NCBI RefSeq assembly: GCF_006345805.1
Contig: NC_043013.1
Coordinates: 11,904,001 to 11,968,000, forward strand
Length of the DNA stretch: 64,000 nt
Source of the DNA: Octopus sinensis
Taxonomy: Eukaryota
Direction: 5' to 3'
The notes beneath the pieces were generated by a model, which had not been told where the DNA came from, searched no databases, and worked only from the letters and a program-made list of their open reading frames with translations. The position numbers and the translations under genes are program-made. Of the stretch, positions 11,426 through 25,187 are shown in pieces (positions within the stretch are counted from its first letter, which is position 1; each line of letters starts with the position of its first letter).

Positions 11426-12345
11426 ATACGTACATATATATATGCACACATGAACACGTACACATACAAAACTCATACACGCACACACGTGCACACGCAC
11501 ACACTTACAGACACACAGAGACACATATACGTATAGGTACACAAATTTCTATGCATATGCATGTAACAGCGCAAAGTCATAGTAAATAAAAATGTATATA
11601 TTTTTGGTGAAACCAGTAGTGAAGTTAATGGTTTTAGATATGGCGCTGGTGGTGGTGATGTTATAGTATACTAGTGGATGTAGTACTATAGTAGTGGAGG
11701 CGTTGTGGTGGTAGTGGTGATGAGGTGTTGGTGTAAGGATGGAATGGTGATAAAATGATTGTAAGAGGCGCGTTTCACTGTAGTAGTCTTATTACGATAG
11801 CAACGTTACTGATGGCGTTGACATTTCGGGCGTCGTGATATATATACATAAGGGAAGGTGCTTTATTACTAATTGTTAAAATGTTATCCCTTAATGATGT
11901 TGATGATTTAACGGTTTTATCTCTTTCTCTCTCTCCCTCAGTCTCTTTCTGTGTTTGAGTGTGTGTGTGTGTGTATGTGTGTGCATGTATGTGTGTGTGT
12001 ACAGAGAAACATATACACCCGCACATATATGTAATATATATATCGAGAGAGTGAGATAGAGAGAGATAAGTAGATAAATAAATATATATATATATAGATA
12101 GATAGATAGTCGGATAGGTAGCTGAGTATATGTATATATATATATGTGTGTGTGTGTTTCAATGAGTGTGTGTGTGCGTGTGTGTGCGCCTGTATGTGCG
12201 TGTGTATAGAGAAACATATACACCCGCACATATATATAATATATATATATCGAGAAGAGATAAGTAGATAGATAGATTGGTAGATAGATAAATAGATAGA
12301 CAGACAGATAACTGAGTTTATATATATGTGTGTGTGTGTCTGTGT

Positions 12346-12390
<45 letters not shown>

Positions 12391-12395
12391 CTGAG

Positions 12396-12473
<78 letters not shown>

Positions 12474-12866
12474 AAAGACATAACATCGACTTCATTGCTG
12501 TTTATTACTATTTATTCCGAAATAAAGCGGGAAATCGCCACAACCGTCACCATATCGAGCAAAAGGCATACCGGCATATCTTCCGGAGAGATCCACATTG
12601 CCTTTCGATCGTTCAGAGTCGATTAAGTAAGTACCAGTTTAACACTGAGATCGATGGAAGCGACCACCGCTCTCCGTAAAATGTCAAGCCTTGTGCTTAT
12701 AATAATTATTTAATCTACGATAAATGTACTATCCTTGTATTTTCAGAATAATCGATAATTTGTTAATTAGTGAGGTGTACTATTAATACACCTGAGGAAG
12801 GAATTGATTTCTTTCGAAGATACAACGCTCCTTCGCTGAAGAGTAGATAAGAAAACAATGTCACAT

Positions 12867-13282
12867 CTTTTACTTGTTTCAGTCATTTGATTTTGGCCAT
12901 GCTAGGGCACCGCCATTTTTCGAGCAGATCGACCCCAGGACTTATTCTTTGTAAGCCTAGTACTTATTCTATCGGTCTCTTATGCCGAACCGTTAAGTTA
13001 CGGGGTCGTAAACACACCAGCATCGGTTGTCAAGCGATGTTGGGGAGATAAAAATACACACACACGCACATATATATATATATGTATGTATATATATATA
13101 TGTATATGTATATATATATACGACGGTATTCTCTCAGTTTCCGTCTACCAAATCCACTCACAAGGCTTTGTTCGCCCGAGGCTATAGTAGAAGACACTTG
13201 CCCAAGGTGCCACGCAGTGGGACTGAACTCGGACCCATGTGGTTGGTATGCAAGATACTTACCACACAGCCACTCCTACGCC
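12867..13282 (-). mobile_element. Near full-length family B SINE
   Basis: Head, core, internal (TA/TG)n and 3' tail ...TGACTGAAACAAGTAAAAGA are all present on the minus strand. Confidence 0.85.
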
Positions 13283-13329
13283 TATACTGGAGAAAAGTTT
13301 CGCATATTTTTACTATTCCACTTACAAGT

Positions 13330-14700
13330 TGCATTTGTAATGTGCGAGTTTGTTGGTTGATTTCTTTTTCTGAAAACCCTAGGTTATCCAGATGTCACTT
13401 AAGCTTTCACTTACAATGCCAAGTGCACCAATTACTATTTGTATGAATGTGAATTTATTATCTAAATATAGAAGCAGGAGTTCTCGAAACAGTTGTTCAT
13501 AGTTACCCTCTTTCTTTTTGATTTTGAAAGAGATATTTACGGTAACAATACGACGATACATACTTTTTCTTTTCTATCCCAAACGACAATATCCGGCCTG
13601 TTATGCATACACTTAAAAGATATTTTGATTGAAATGTTGCACCAATATTCTTTGTGTAGATATTTGTGTAAGTATTAAATAACAGGAAATTCTCTATATT
13701 CATCCCAGTATATATATTTTTTCCGAATGGCATTGTATGTGGTTTTAGCGATAACGTCGGATCGCATATGAAAATAGTACCTTGATGATATATTTGTGCA
13801 GCTGCTAATCACATATGTGAGGTCTTCCACAAAAATATTGCATAATCTACAATTTCGGTTCCTTCTTAGGGCTCCAAATGCTTTTATATCTCTTTTGATA
13901 AATAGGTATTTAGTTTCGATCTCCTATTCTTGTACTGCAAATGCATAGCCTTCGAAGTTTGATCTGATGTAGCAGACACGCGTCCAAGACAGATTTATTC
14001 AAATCTTCAGAAAACATACCCATGCATAGTAATTTTTTTCCCTTGGTATACCGGGCGTTTCAAATCCAGGTTTTATTCTTAGGGGAGGTCATGAAGAAGT
14101 GATTACTTCCTCAGGAACCCACTAGCGACACATGGCTTATTTCTCTCTTCACTTTTCAACACTAAGTATTTATTTTTGCTACTGTTATTTAGCAAATGCT
14201 ATCAAAGAGAGACTAAATAACATTGGCTATCTGCACTGATATCAAACCTCCACATCCTTCATCACTATTACATAGAGGTTTCCAGTTGATATTAGTATCT
14301 TGCGGGTTTTAATTTCTATGCAGCAGATTTCTTCTAGAGACCGATCAAATATCCCAAATGTTGGAATTAGAACTGGTACTAAAAATGCATTGTGGGATAT
14401 TGTGTTGTTGTAAAGAGGAGAGTTCCGACTGTCATATTTTTCTAAGTCTGCCATAATATTCTCAGGCCGCTCTGTCTTTATTCACAGTAACATCGTATGA
14501 TATGTTCCATTACAGCCTAGGTACTTGCAGCATTCTCTGTATGGGACAAGAAGAGAGAGTAAGAACATTTATGCACAGCATTTGGATTTGGGAGGCTGAT
14601 TTTCCCCTTCAACAATCAAATATGAACATTTCTTTGGCTCAAGTTCCATTCTTTTGCCAATTGAAAATTTTATTTATTCCAACAGTTTTTTTTTGTTTTT
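13330..14700 (-). mobile_element. 3' fragment of an R4/Dong-like (restriction-like endonuclease) non-LTR retrotransposon, degenerate
   Basis: Minus-strand translation gives KCSYLIVE..CKYLG (RT C-terminus), HNAFLVPVLIPTFGI..IEIKTRKILISTGN, a zinc-knuckle-like CRLCNIFVEDLTYVISSC, and the endonuclease tail GNYEQLFRELLLLY..IQIVIGALG. Confidence 0.75.
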
Positions 14701-15984
14701 TTTTTTTTTTTGGCTTTGTTAATATTTATAGGGTACATTTTGAGGTATTCCACAAAGATATTTTGGGTTACTTTAATGTCTCAAGCAATTGCAGATCATA
14801 GTATGCAGCCATTTGATTTGATGTAGCAGATATGATAATGGATTTAATGCCAAAATATGCATATATGTGCGTCTGTATGCATATATGTCAATATATATCT
14901 ATGTATGTGTGCATATATGTATGTAGACATTTATGTACAGTAACACATATATACATATATACATACTTATATATATGATACAAACATTAACCCATATATG
15001 TATATTTACAGACACCTACACACATATATACATGCATATAGGCATTTATATATACGTATTACTTACATGTACACACACATACGGACTTACTCTTTGCAAA
15101 AGTGTACAATATATACATGAAACACCATCAATAGGCGATTGAACTGTTTTGTTTTTACTTTCTAGTCATAATATATATATATATATATAATATATATATA
15201 TATCATATATATATATACTAGTATATATTACATATATATATACAGAGAGAGAGAGATAGATAGATATATACACAAATAATACATATATATATGCAACACT
15301 TATATACATTATTATAACACATATATACATACATACAAGCGCACACACACACGTATATATATTATCTGCTTTATACCTATGATCCTTGGACATTGCTATG
15401 AATACATTTTATACTTGTACTGTCCCAATGTTTTATGAACACTTAGTCCTCAATAAACAAAATTTATATATGAAAACATCGTTTGTTGTTTACAGCTACT
15501 CTTGCCACTAAGCCGACATACTGATGTATGTACATGCAGACATGCATTTATACATAAATTTATACATCTATATACATACGTAAGTGTATACTACATTCAT
15601 CCATGAATACATGAATATATTGATGCATGCCAACATAAAAGCATATTGCGTACAATCATATATAGACACATGCATTCGATCATACACAAGTACATGCATA
15701 TGAAGACACACACACACATACACACACGGACATAGACACACATACATACATACATGCAACCACATATATATATGTGTGTGTGTGTGTGTGTGTATGCATG
15801 TATGGGTATAAATTATTTCGGACACAGGCCGTAGATCATAAAGTTTTTAAAGGAAACTTTATTTTATATATACCTGATGTTTTATTATCACTGTTATAGT
15901 ATTGTTGTTGTAACTGTTATTGTCGATATTTGCTGTTCTTTTTGTCGTCGTCGTTGTCGTTTTTCATGTTGTTTGTTGTTGTTG

Positions 15985-16143
15985 TGTATTATTATTATTT
16001 AATTTATTATTTTATTATTATTATTATTATTATTATTATATTATTTTTTTTTATTGTTATTATTATTATTATTATTATTCTTAGTATTATTTTATTATTT
16101 ATTACTAATTATTGTTTTATTATTATTATTATTATACTATTTA

Positions 16144-16178
<35 letters not shown>

Positions 16179-17140
16179 TATTATTATTATTATTATTGTT
16201 GTTGTTGTTGTTGTTATATTATTATTATTATTATTATTATTATTATCATTTGCACAGAGGCGGGTATTTTAAGGTAAAGGCCAGCCATAAACATGTCCAC
16301 CAGTTGCTCAGTTTGTAAGAAAGGGCGGTGTTTTTCTTCCTTCTAATGTCATCACACTTCAGCAACCACAAGGGAAAAGACAAAAGCCAGGGAAAAAAAG
16401 ACGTAGAGTAAAATCGACAAAAAGAAAGAAGGGAGGAAGGAAGGAAGGAAGGAAATAGAAAAGGAAAAAAAGAAAGAATTAATGAATGAAAGATGGAAGA
16501 AATTAATAAATCAAATAAAGTAACAAATATATGATGGACTCCTTAAAACGGAAAAGACGCAGGTTTCATTTTACTCCGTTTATCCCATCCATCCTCGTTA
16601 TGTTTGTCATCACACACAAGAGCTGGGTGTGCAATAAAAAGCAATAAAGTAATTTAGAGGTCTTATGGTTTTCTATGGTAATTCATCTCAGAATTTCAAA
16701 TTACTTTTCAATCTACAAAAGACATGGAGTTATAAATAAAGAAAATGAAGGAAAGAAAGGAAAAAAAAACACAAACTAAAACGCTAGTCATCGTAAAAAT
16801 GAAAATCATCACAAGTACATAAATAAAGACAATACCTACAAGTAACTAGAAGAAGAAGTGAGGGGGGAGGACGGGAGGAGGCAAGAAAAAACGAAAAGAA
16901 GAAGGAAAAAGAAGAAGAATAAGAAGAAAGAGGGGAAGAAGAAGAAGAAGAAGAAGAAGCAGAAGAAGAAAAAGAAGAATAAGAACAAGAAGAAGAAAAG
17001 AAGAAGAAGAAAAGCATAAGAGAAAAAGAAAAGAAGAAGAAGAAATAATAAAAAAAGAAGAGGAAAAGAAGACAGAAGAAGAGAAGAAGAAGGAAGAAGA
17101 AGGAAGAAGATGAAGAAGAATTTGAAAAGAAGAAGGAGAA
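15985..17140. repeat. (TAT)n/(TGT)n and (GAA)n low-complexity blocks
   Basis: Directly visible triplet repeats; source of spurious poly-I/L/Y and poly-S/F ORFs. Confidence 0.9.
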
Positions 17141-18103
17141 ACTAAGTTGATTTGTCTTGTGCTTTTTTTTCAACTATGATCGTCCAGTTTTGGTAATTTT
17201 TTGTTGTATGCCATCATTTATACGTGCTAATAGATGTGTACGACAGATTCATACGCACGCACTGATATTCATGTATATACATGCATGCATACCAACATAC
17301 ATACATACTTACATGTACATACATACATAATTACATGTACATACAAACATACATATATATATACATACATACATAATAGATACATACATACATACATACA
17401 TACATACATACATACATACATACATACATACATACATACATAAATACATACATATATAGCTGATGGAATAAAATTAATCAAAGGACATACTAAGTATGTC
17501 TACCTGTTGGAAATAACAGACTAAATCGCCAAAATACAAATAACTATAGAATTCAACCATCTGATGGCAAACGAGCTATGACAATCTCCCTACATACATT
17601 TAAATATGGACTCACGTGGACCGGTTTCTGCACTAGCAAAATTACACACACACACACAACACACACACACACACACAGTAATAGATACATATGTATGTAT
17701 GTATGCATGTGTGTATATATGTGATGACAATAAAACATCCGATATATATATATATATATTTGTTCCAGCTCAGAGCTACACTGTTATTACGAAGAACCTC
17801 TTCTAATATGTGGCACTTGGTGAAGAATGGAGTTTGATATAGCTACTCTCATTTGCACCTCTTGCCGTGAGGTAGGTTCATCTGGGACTCTCGACAGGAA
17901 GATGTCCAGCTTTGATTTAAAAACCGCTACATCTACTTTGTGCAAGTTCCTCAGACTTTTGAGAGGATATTAAAAAGCTGTGGGCCCTTGAAACTCAGGC
18001 TGTTGCAGAAGCTGGTCCTGAAGCGTGATGGCATTGCTGGGATCTTTGGCACTATGGAGTGTCGTCCCGTTCTTCTATATATATTATATATATATTATAT
18101 ATC

Positions 18104-18145
<42 letters not shown>

Positions 18146-18214
18146 AGAGAGAGAGGGGGGAGAGATAGATAGATAGATATATGTGTTTGTATATGTACTA
18201 CAGGCTTCTTTCAG

Positions 18215-18418
18215 CACCGATTGTCAATCGATCCTGGAGGGACACACAAACATATATATATATATATACACACATACATATATACGACGTGCTTCTTTCA
18301 GTTTCCGTCTACCAAATCCACTCACAAGGCTTTGGTCGGCCCGAGGCTATAGTAGACGACACTGCCAATGTGCCACGCAGTGGGACTGAACCCAGAACTA
18401 TGTGGTTGGTAAGCAAGC

Positions 18419-18420
<2 letters not shown>
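18215..18420 (-). mobile_element. Family B SINE fragment
   Basis: Contains CCGTCTACCAAATCCACTCACAAGGCTTTGGTCGGCCCGAGGCTATAGTAG..CCACGCAGTGGGACTGAACCC. Confidence 0.8.
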
Positions 18421-18458
<38 letters not shown>

Positions 18459-18669
18459 TCTACACGCCAAATTCACTAGTCCCTTCCCCCACACCACACA
18501 CACACATTCTCACATGCACACGCGCACCTTCGTTTTGGGATCACCAGTACTTTATTATCCTCACTTCTTTCTATCTCTCCGGTCCAACCTTTTTTTTTTC
18601 CTTCCAGTCTCTATATTTGATCACTAAATCCATAAGTTTTTCTTATTCACTTTATGTTTATTTGCTCTT

Positions 18670-18820
18670 ATTCTTTTTTGTTGAAGAGCATAGGCTGGAA
18701 GCGTAAAAGACTTTCTCACCTTCCCGAACGTCAAACTAATACACCTGCTTGTTGTCCATACACCTATCGTCATCCTTTCTTTTCCTGTAAATTTCAACTA
18801 TATATATATATATTTTTGAA
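18670..18820 (+). repeat. Dispersed ~140-bp repeat with decayed hammerhead-like motif; homologous to 26770-26900
   Basis: Shares CGTCAAACTAATACACCTGCTTGTTG with 26832-26857. Contains TTGAAGAGCATAGGCTGGAAGCGT. Ends in (TA)n. Confidence 0.6.
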
Positions 18821-19242
18821 ATTAGCTATTTCATCTTTAAATATGAAAAATTAGTTTATTAGGTCTTTATTATATGTGCATATATATTTATTTAGAGAGA
18901 TTATTTAGATCTTAATTATATATTTATATACATTTTTATATTTTCATTGATATTTCATATTTTAATGATATGAATACTCATTTTTTTATTTTTTGTAAAA
19001 TATTTATGTAATTAGATATTGAATATTACTGATATTAGATTATTGGTGGGTTTCTTACCTTAAAAATGAATACTTAGAAATAAAAATTAATATTTAACAT
19101 TATAATCGTTGTTTTGACATAATCATAATCGTTAAATTTCTAGTTTGATAATAGAGTTTATTATAAGAAAATTTATTATATTATTTATTTCTTAAAAAAT
19201 ATTGTTTAAATATTTTTGATTATTTATTAAAATATTACAATT

Positions 19243-19338
19243 AACATGAAGATTGACTGTAACCATAACTCGAATTATTAATTGAATTTAAATTATTGTT
19301 ATTCGAATTGGTTACGGGCATAAAACGATCGTAGTGTT
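19243..19338 (+). ncRNA. Degenerate type I hammerhead-like relic (family different from the array)
   Basis: AACA-TGAAGA, then long stem II (TGACTGTAACC with GGTTACGGGCA; inner TCGAAT/ATTCGA), then AAAAC, palindromic ACGATCGT, GTA and GTGTT. The core lacks C3, and GAAA has become AAAA. Confidence 0.5.
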
Positions 19339-21808
19339 TTACTCTTTATCTTATTAAACTTTTAACACTTTTGATAGTTTATTAGAAAAAATAAATAAAT
19401 AATTGAATAAATATTAAATATATATATATATATATATATAATATATATATATATATATAAAATATTAAAAAAATATAAAAATATATAAAATAAAAAATAA
19501 AAAAAATAAAAAAAATAAATAAAAAATAAAATAAATGTATAAAAAAATAAAAAATAAATAATTAAATAAAATAATAATAAAAAAATATAATATTTATAAT
19601 TTATAAGTTTAATTTATTAATTTAAATAACTTTTTAAATTTTAATTTTAATTGGATTTTTATATTTTATATTTTATATTTTTTATATATTTTTTGATTAA
19701 TTTTATTTCTATGTATTGGCTTATGATTTTCACTGTTTGATTTGCCTAATAGTGGTTTTATCTCTAATTTAAAATAATATATATATATATACATTTCTAT
19801 ATATGCGTATATGTACACATACATACATACATACATACACACATACATACATACATACATACATACATAAATACATACATACATACATACATACATACAT
19901 ACATACATACATACATACATACGACAGGCTTTCACTCAATTTATATCAACCAAATTCACCCGCAAAATTTTTGGGCTGCTCTGGGTTATAATAGAAGACA
20001 ATTTCCCCCACAAGTTCCCACTCAGGAGTAATGAACTCGAAAACATGTGACTGGAAAGCGGGTTTATTGTCTATTCAGACTTACCTGCGCCATACATATA
20101 ATTTGCAGTCTTTTTATTAAAACGGAATACGCTATCATCCAGCTAAACAGGGTAATACTGAATAAACATTCCTTTTTGTAAGTACGCAACAATCTAGCCA
20201 CGATAAATAAATAATTACTTCGATTATTACTCGATAATTATTCAATAAATTCTATTTTATATACTCATTGATAACCATAAATAAATTATTTCCAATTAAA
20301 AGGAAATCAAAAGTATGCGTACAATAGCAACATAAATACATTAATTAACTCTGATAAAACAACTGCGATAGTCCATAAATCCATTATACCATATAAGGGC
20401 ATAATGCAAATATTTAATTAAGAAAGTGAAACAAAAATAGAATCGGTTGGAAATTTGACTGGAGACTGTTGGTGCTGCCACCTACAATTGCTTTTGGAGT
20501 AAGAGGAAAGACAGAGAGTTTACTAAGAAATAGAAAAGGATGAAGTGTCCCTTTAAGGGAAGGAAATTGCTTCAGGACTCATGATTATTTTTACTTATTA
20601 TTATTATGAGAGGTAATTTTCGTATGAGTGAGAGAGCATATGATATAATATTTCCATATAATCCATGTTTTTTTTCTCTTTTTAAATGTCATAGTGGTAG
20701 TAGATAGTGCCATTTCGCGCTCCTTAGGGGCTCCTTGGTACCACGTAGCTTCAAATCAGGAAATTATTTACTTTATGTTCATTTAGTTCATTTAAAATCT
20801 TCATTTAAATAGAATTAATATTATCTTTAAAAAGGCAAAATGATATACTTGTGAAGACGGCGACCTTGCAATGCGAAAAAGGGTTTCATATTCTTTATTA
20901 TTATTCTGATAGAAACATCCATTATCAGAAGTAAGCAGTAAAGGAATAGCGGGCCGTGTCAATTCATGTGAAGACATGTTGAATGTTGTGGGATCGCTGT
21001 TCGCACAACAAACAATATGGTGCTTGAAATATGTATCTCATTCACACATTGATATATCTGTGAACTTTAGATTATTTCAAATATGTTTGAGACATATTTT
21101 AACTTGTAAATGCTATTTCACTGCAATTTACCTTGGCGAAAGATTTCTCGCTTTTGATTATAAATAAATTTAAAAAAGCGCAATACAACACTCTTATCAG
21201 CTTAGAGCGCCCTGCGTGGACTTATCGATGCATTCCTAGCTTGTTAGCCGTCTTCAGAGAAATATTAAAACACCTGATGTCAAATAAGTCGGAGACAAAA
21301 CGTCTCTTAGTCTTCTTCTTACGCTTCGCAGAGGGACGCAAAAACTCAAGAAAACATTATTACAAATGATATAATGATTGACTATAGATTTTTCTATCAT
21401 ACAATTTTATGTCTTGAGAACTTTTACAATTCATGTTACGTGTGATTCTTGTTAATTGTGCGTTGGTGCTTCGTTTTTTATGTTGCTATGCGCAACGCAT
21501 TCATAGAAATTCTCATTTTATTTATTTATCCTTATTTATCTTTTGCCGAATTTTAGGTAAAATGGTGTTATCAACTGTGTTTCTGTCTAATTTCATTTCT
21601 TGTTATAACGACTTTTGGGGGATGGAGGCTATATTCACACACGCGTGCGCACACATAAATTTGTATATACATACACAAATACATATATGCACACATATAT
21701 ATAACAGACACACACACATGCACACATGCACACATATATACACACAAACAAACACACGTATATATATATACATACATACAAAGTATATATATATATATAT
21801 ACTTTGAT

Positions 21809-21872
21809 ACTTTGATAGGTTTCGGCCATTATTGGCCCAGGCCATGTCTAACTTAATAGCACCACCTGGTGC
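21809..21872 (-). repeat. 64-bp element, identical in inverted orientation to 53579-53642
   Basis: Exact reverse-complement match. Both copies sit in or next to (TA)n. Confidence 0.9.
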
Positions 21873-21884
21873 TATATATATATA

Positions 21885-21917
<33 letters not shown>

Positions 21918-22099
21918 CTTAGTAATTTTAATATTTCTATTATATATACGTCTGTTTTCCGTGTTCGTCAATTCGTGAATTTCACGTTCTTTATATATAA
22001 AGTTTTATTCTATATATATATATATATATATATATGCATACGTACATATTTACATGTACAGACAGACATACAGATAGATGGATAGATAGATAGACAGAT

Positions 22100-22380
22100 A
22101 GACCTCGGCGGAATTTGAACTCAGAATGTAAAAACAGACGAAATACCCATTTCTTTACTACCCACAAGGGGCTAAACACAGAGAGGAAAAACAAAGAGAG
22201 ACAGACGGATTAAGTTGATTACATCGACCCCAGTGCGTTACTGGTACTTAATTTATCGACCCCTGAAAGGATGAAAGGTAAAGTCAGCCCCGGCGGAATT
22301 TGAACTCAGAACGTAGCGGAAGACGAAAAACCACTAAGCATTTCACCCGGCGTGCTAACGGTTCAGCCAGCTCGCCACCT
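22100..22380 (-). mobile_element. Family A SINE with partial head-to-tail second body
   Basis: Head at ~22380 and a repeated internal segment after the AAAGAAAT tail. Confidence 0.8.
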
Positions 22381-22519
22381 TTTCAGTCAGCCAAATTCAC
22401 TCACAATGATTTGGTGGGTCCGGCGTTATATTAGAAGACACCTGCGCTAGGTGCCAGGCAGTGGGACTGAACCTAGAACCATGTGGTTGGGAAGTAGACT
22501 TCTTACAACACAAAATAAT

Positions 22520-22555
<36 letters not shown>

Positions 22556-23271
22556 TGTGTGTATGTATGCCTGTGTGTAAGTATATGTCTTGTGTGTCTA
22601 GGATGTTGTTTGTCTGTCTGTGTGTGCGCGTATGTGTATGCATGTCTGTACGCGCGTGAGCGTAGTGGTCTTAATTATACCGCTGCAGACATTCTGGTTC
22701 AACTCGTCCTTAGAGCTGATCCTTCTCATCTTGTTACGTTATTTTAATTACGGGCAATGAGAGAGACAGGGAGACAGAGAGACAAACATACAAACAGACA
22801 GACAGAAACAAAGAGTGAAAAAGAGAGAGAGGGGGAGAGAGGGAAGTTAGTGTGGGAGTGTTGGAAAACGAGCTTTTGATGTTGCTCTCCTTTTAAGTCA
22901 TTTAGAATGCATAGCTTGCTATATACAGGAGATCAAACTACTTCCGCCCCCGTGCAATTCGCTTATGTCCTGGGGAACCATATTAAATATCTGAGTTCGC
23001 AGGAATCATAAACATTTGTAAGCACTTTGTCTGCAAACCCTCGACCGCCTTGGTATCAAATGGACTTCACACATTGGCTACTGCTGAGGAATTACTGCCC
23101 ATTCCATATTTAACATCTGTGGCTCCAGTATCATGTATATGTTCATGCTTGTGTATGGGTTCGCGTGTATTTATATATATGTATACATCTGTCTATGTAT
23201 GCAAACACACACCCACACACATATATATATACACATGTATGTGTTTGTTCATATACGTGTGTATCTGGTTT

Positions 23272-23305
<34 letters not shown>

Positions 23306-23330
23306 GTATATATATTATATATATATATAG

Positions 23331-23363
<33 letters not shown>

Positions 23364-23401
23364 TATATATATATATATGTATATATATACATATATATAA
23401 A

Positions 23402-23481
<80 letters not shown>

Positions 23482-24164
23482 TATATACACATACAGACAT
23501 ACACATATGTATGTAGGAGTGGATGGCTAGATGTGTGGGTTTTTGCATATCTCTGTCGCTTTATCTCTAAAGCCTTTGCATGTTTCTGGCTTTCGAGCCG
23601 CTCGCGAGTGACTTTTCCTTTGATATAAGTTCATTGGATCTCCCTTCACTTGTTCCAGTGGTCAGCCTATTATTATTATCAAACTAGAATTATATCGTGA
23701 AAAGAATTACTGAGAACGAGCTTAGCTTATTATCTGGAAGCGGAGGAGAATTATGAATTTCACATAGAGGCATTATAAAACTTTCAGAATGTACGGCCTT
23801 AGGATCGAACTTACAGGATCCAACATCTGTTCAACTTGTAGAGTAATGATTTTTAAAGTGCAGTTATGGGAAGGCTTGAGTGTTAAACAGCTTGCTTTGC
23901 AATCACGAGGTTTCGTATTCAGTCCCACTGCAAAATATCTTGTACAATTATTTTCTACAAAACCCCGGCTCGACTAATTAACTTTTGAGTGTATTAAGCA
24001 GACGGATACCATGTAGAAACATATAGATAGGCAGTTGTTCGGCCCAGACTTATAACAGAAGAACTTGCCCAAGGCTTGGAAGCAAACTTCTTACGACACA
24101 GTCATGTCTCTCTAATATGTAATCAGTGGATAAAAATTATATATATTTCGATAAGAGACACTTA

Positions 24165-24165
24165 A

Positions 24166-24198
<33 letters not shown>

Positions 24199-24545
24199 TA
24201 GAGAGAGAAAGAGAGAGAGAAAGAGAGACAGGGAGAGACAGAGACAGAGAGAAGGAGGGAGAGAGAGAGAGGGAGAGAGGGAGAGAGGGAGAGACAGAGA
24301 CAGAGACAGAGAGAGCGAGAGAGAGAGGGAGAGGGAGAGGGAGAGACACAGAGACACAGAGACACAGAGAGAGAGAGAGGGAGAGGGAGAGACAGAGAGA
24401 CACAGAGACACAGAGAGAGAGAGAGGGAGAGAAGAGACAGAGAGAGAGGGAGAGGGAGAGAGAGACAGAGAGAGCGAGAGAGAGAAGGAGAGACAGAGAG
24501 AGAGAGACAGAGAGACAGACCGACAGAGAGAGAAAGTGAGAGAGA
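24165..24545. repeat. (GA)n/(GAGACA)n purine tract
   Basis: Directly visible. Confidence 0.9.
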
Positions 24546-25187
24546 AATTAAGGAAGATGAGTCGGAAACTTTTCACCGGTTCACGGTTTCGATTGGCCGT
24601 TCTTCATTTTCATCAAGTTGTTTTCTTCAGTTTGTAAAACGTAATAAATGTAAGAAGTTTCCCTTTTCCATCCATCAAATGTATGGGTTTGACGATCCTA
24701 TGAGTATCTTCAGCTTAGTTGTTCGACATCCTGCAAATAGCAGCCAACCCTATTTCTTTGAAGAGGATACTGTAGATAATTGTATCTGAATAATGGAGTG
24801 GATGGTTATCTCACGGGCGATTTTTAGTTATCGACGTATTCATTGCAGGTAGGCATCGGATGAAACAACAGAAAGAATAACAACCAGCTTCATTAAAGTA
24901 ATAAGAAAGCTGCTTCCTCGTCAAACAAGCTGCTAGAAATAACTGCTCAAAATCTCTTGAACCAATCTATACGGTTTTAAATGAGGTAGACGTCGGGTAT
25001 AGTAGTACAAACCAACCAACTAGCTAATCAACTAACGATACCAAAGAAACGCTCGTCCCAACGAGCGAGATTCTTCCTCGTAGCGAAACTACCCAGAAAT
25101 AACAGCGGTATCTCCCTCAAATAATATTTCACTGTCCTAAAAAGAAAGGACGATTTGAATAATATAGTCCTAAATGCAATATTAGAC

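Noticed and set aside
12790-12850. CTGAGGA-hairpin-CGAAG hammerhead-like motif
   Set aside because: GAAA is broken and no stem III, UH or stem I pairing can be built.
14488-14520. Apparent plus-strand exon (cacag|TAACATCG..CTAG|gtactt) in phase with the 9274-9410 exon
   Set aside because: It lies antisense within the R4-like LINE RT remnant and is best explained as chance.
24931-25115. GCTGTTATTTCT-like motif shared between the array unit and dispersed repeats
   Set aside because: The match is only ~12-17 nt in AT-rich DNA and cannot be distinguished from chance.
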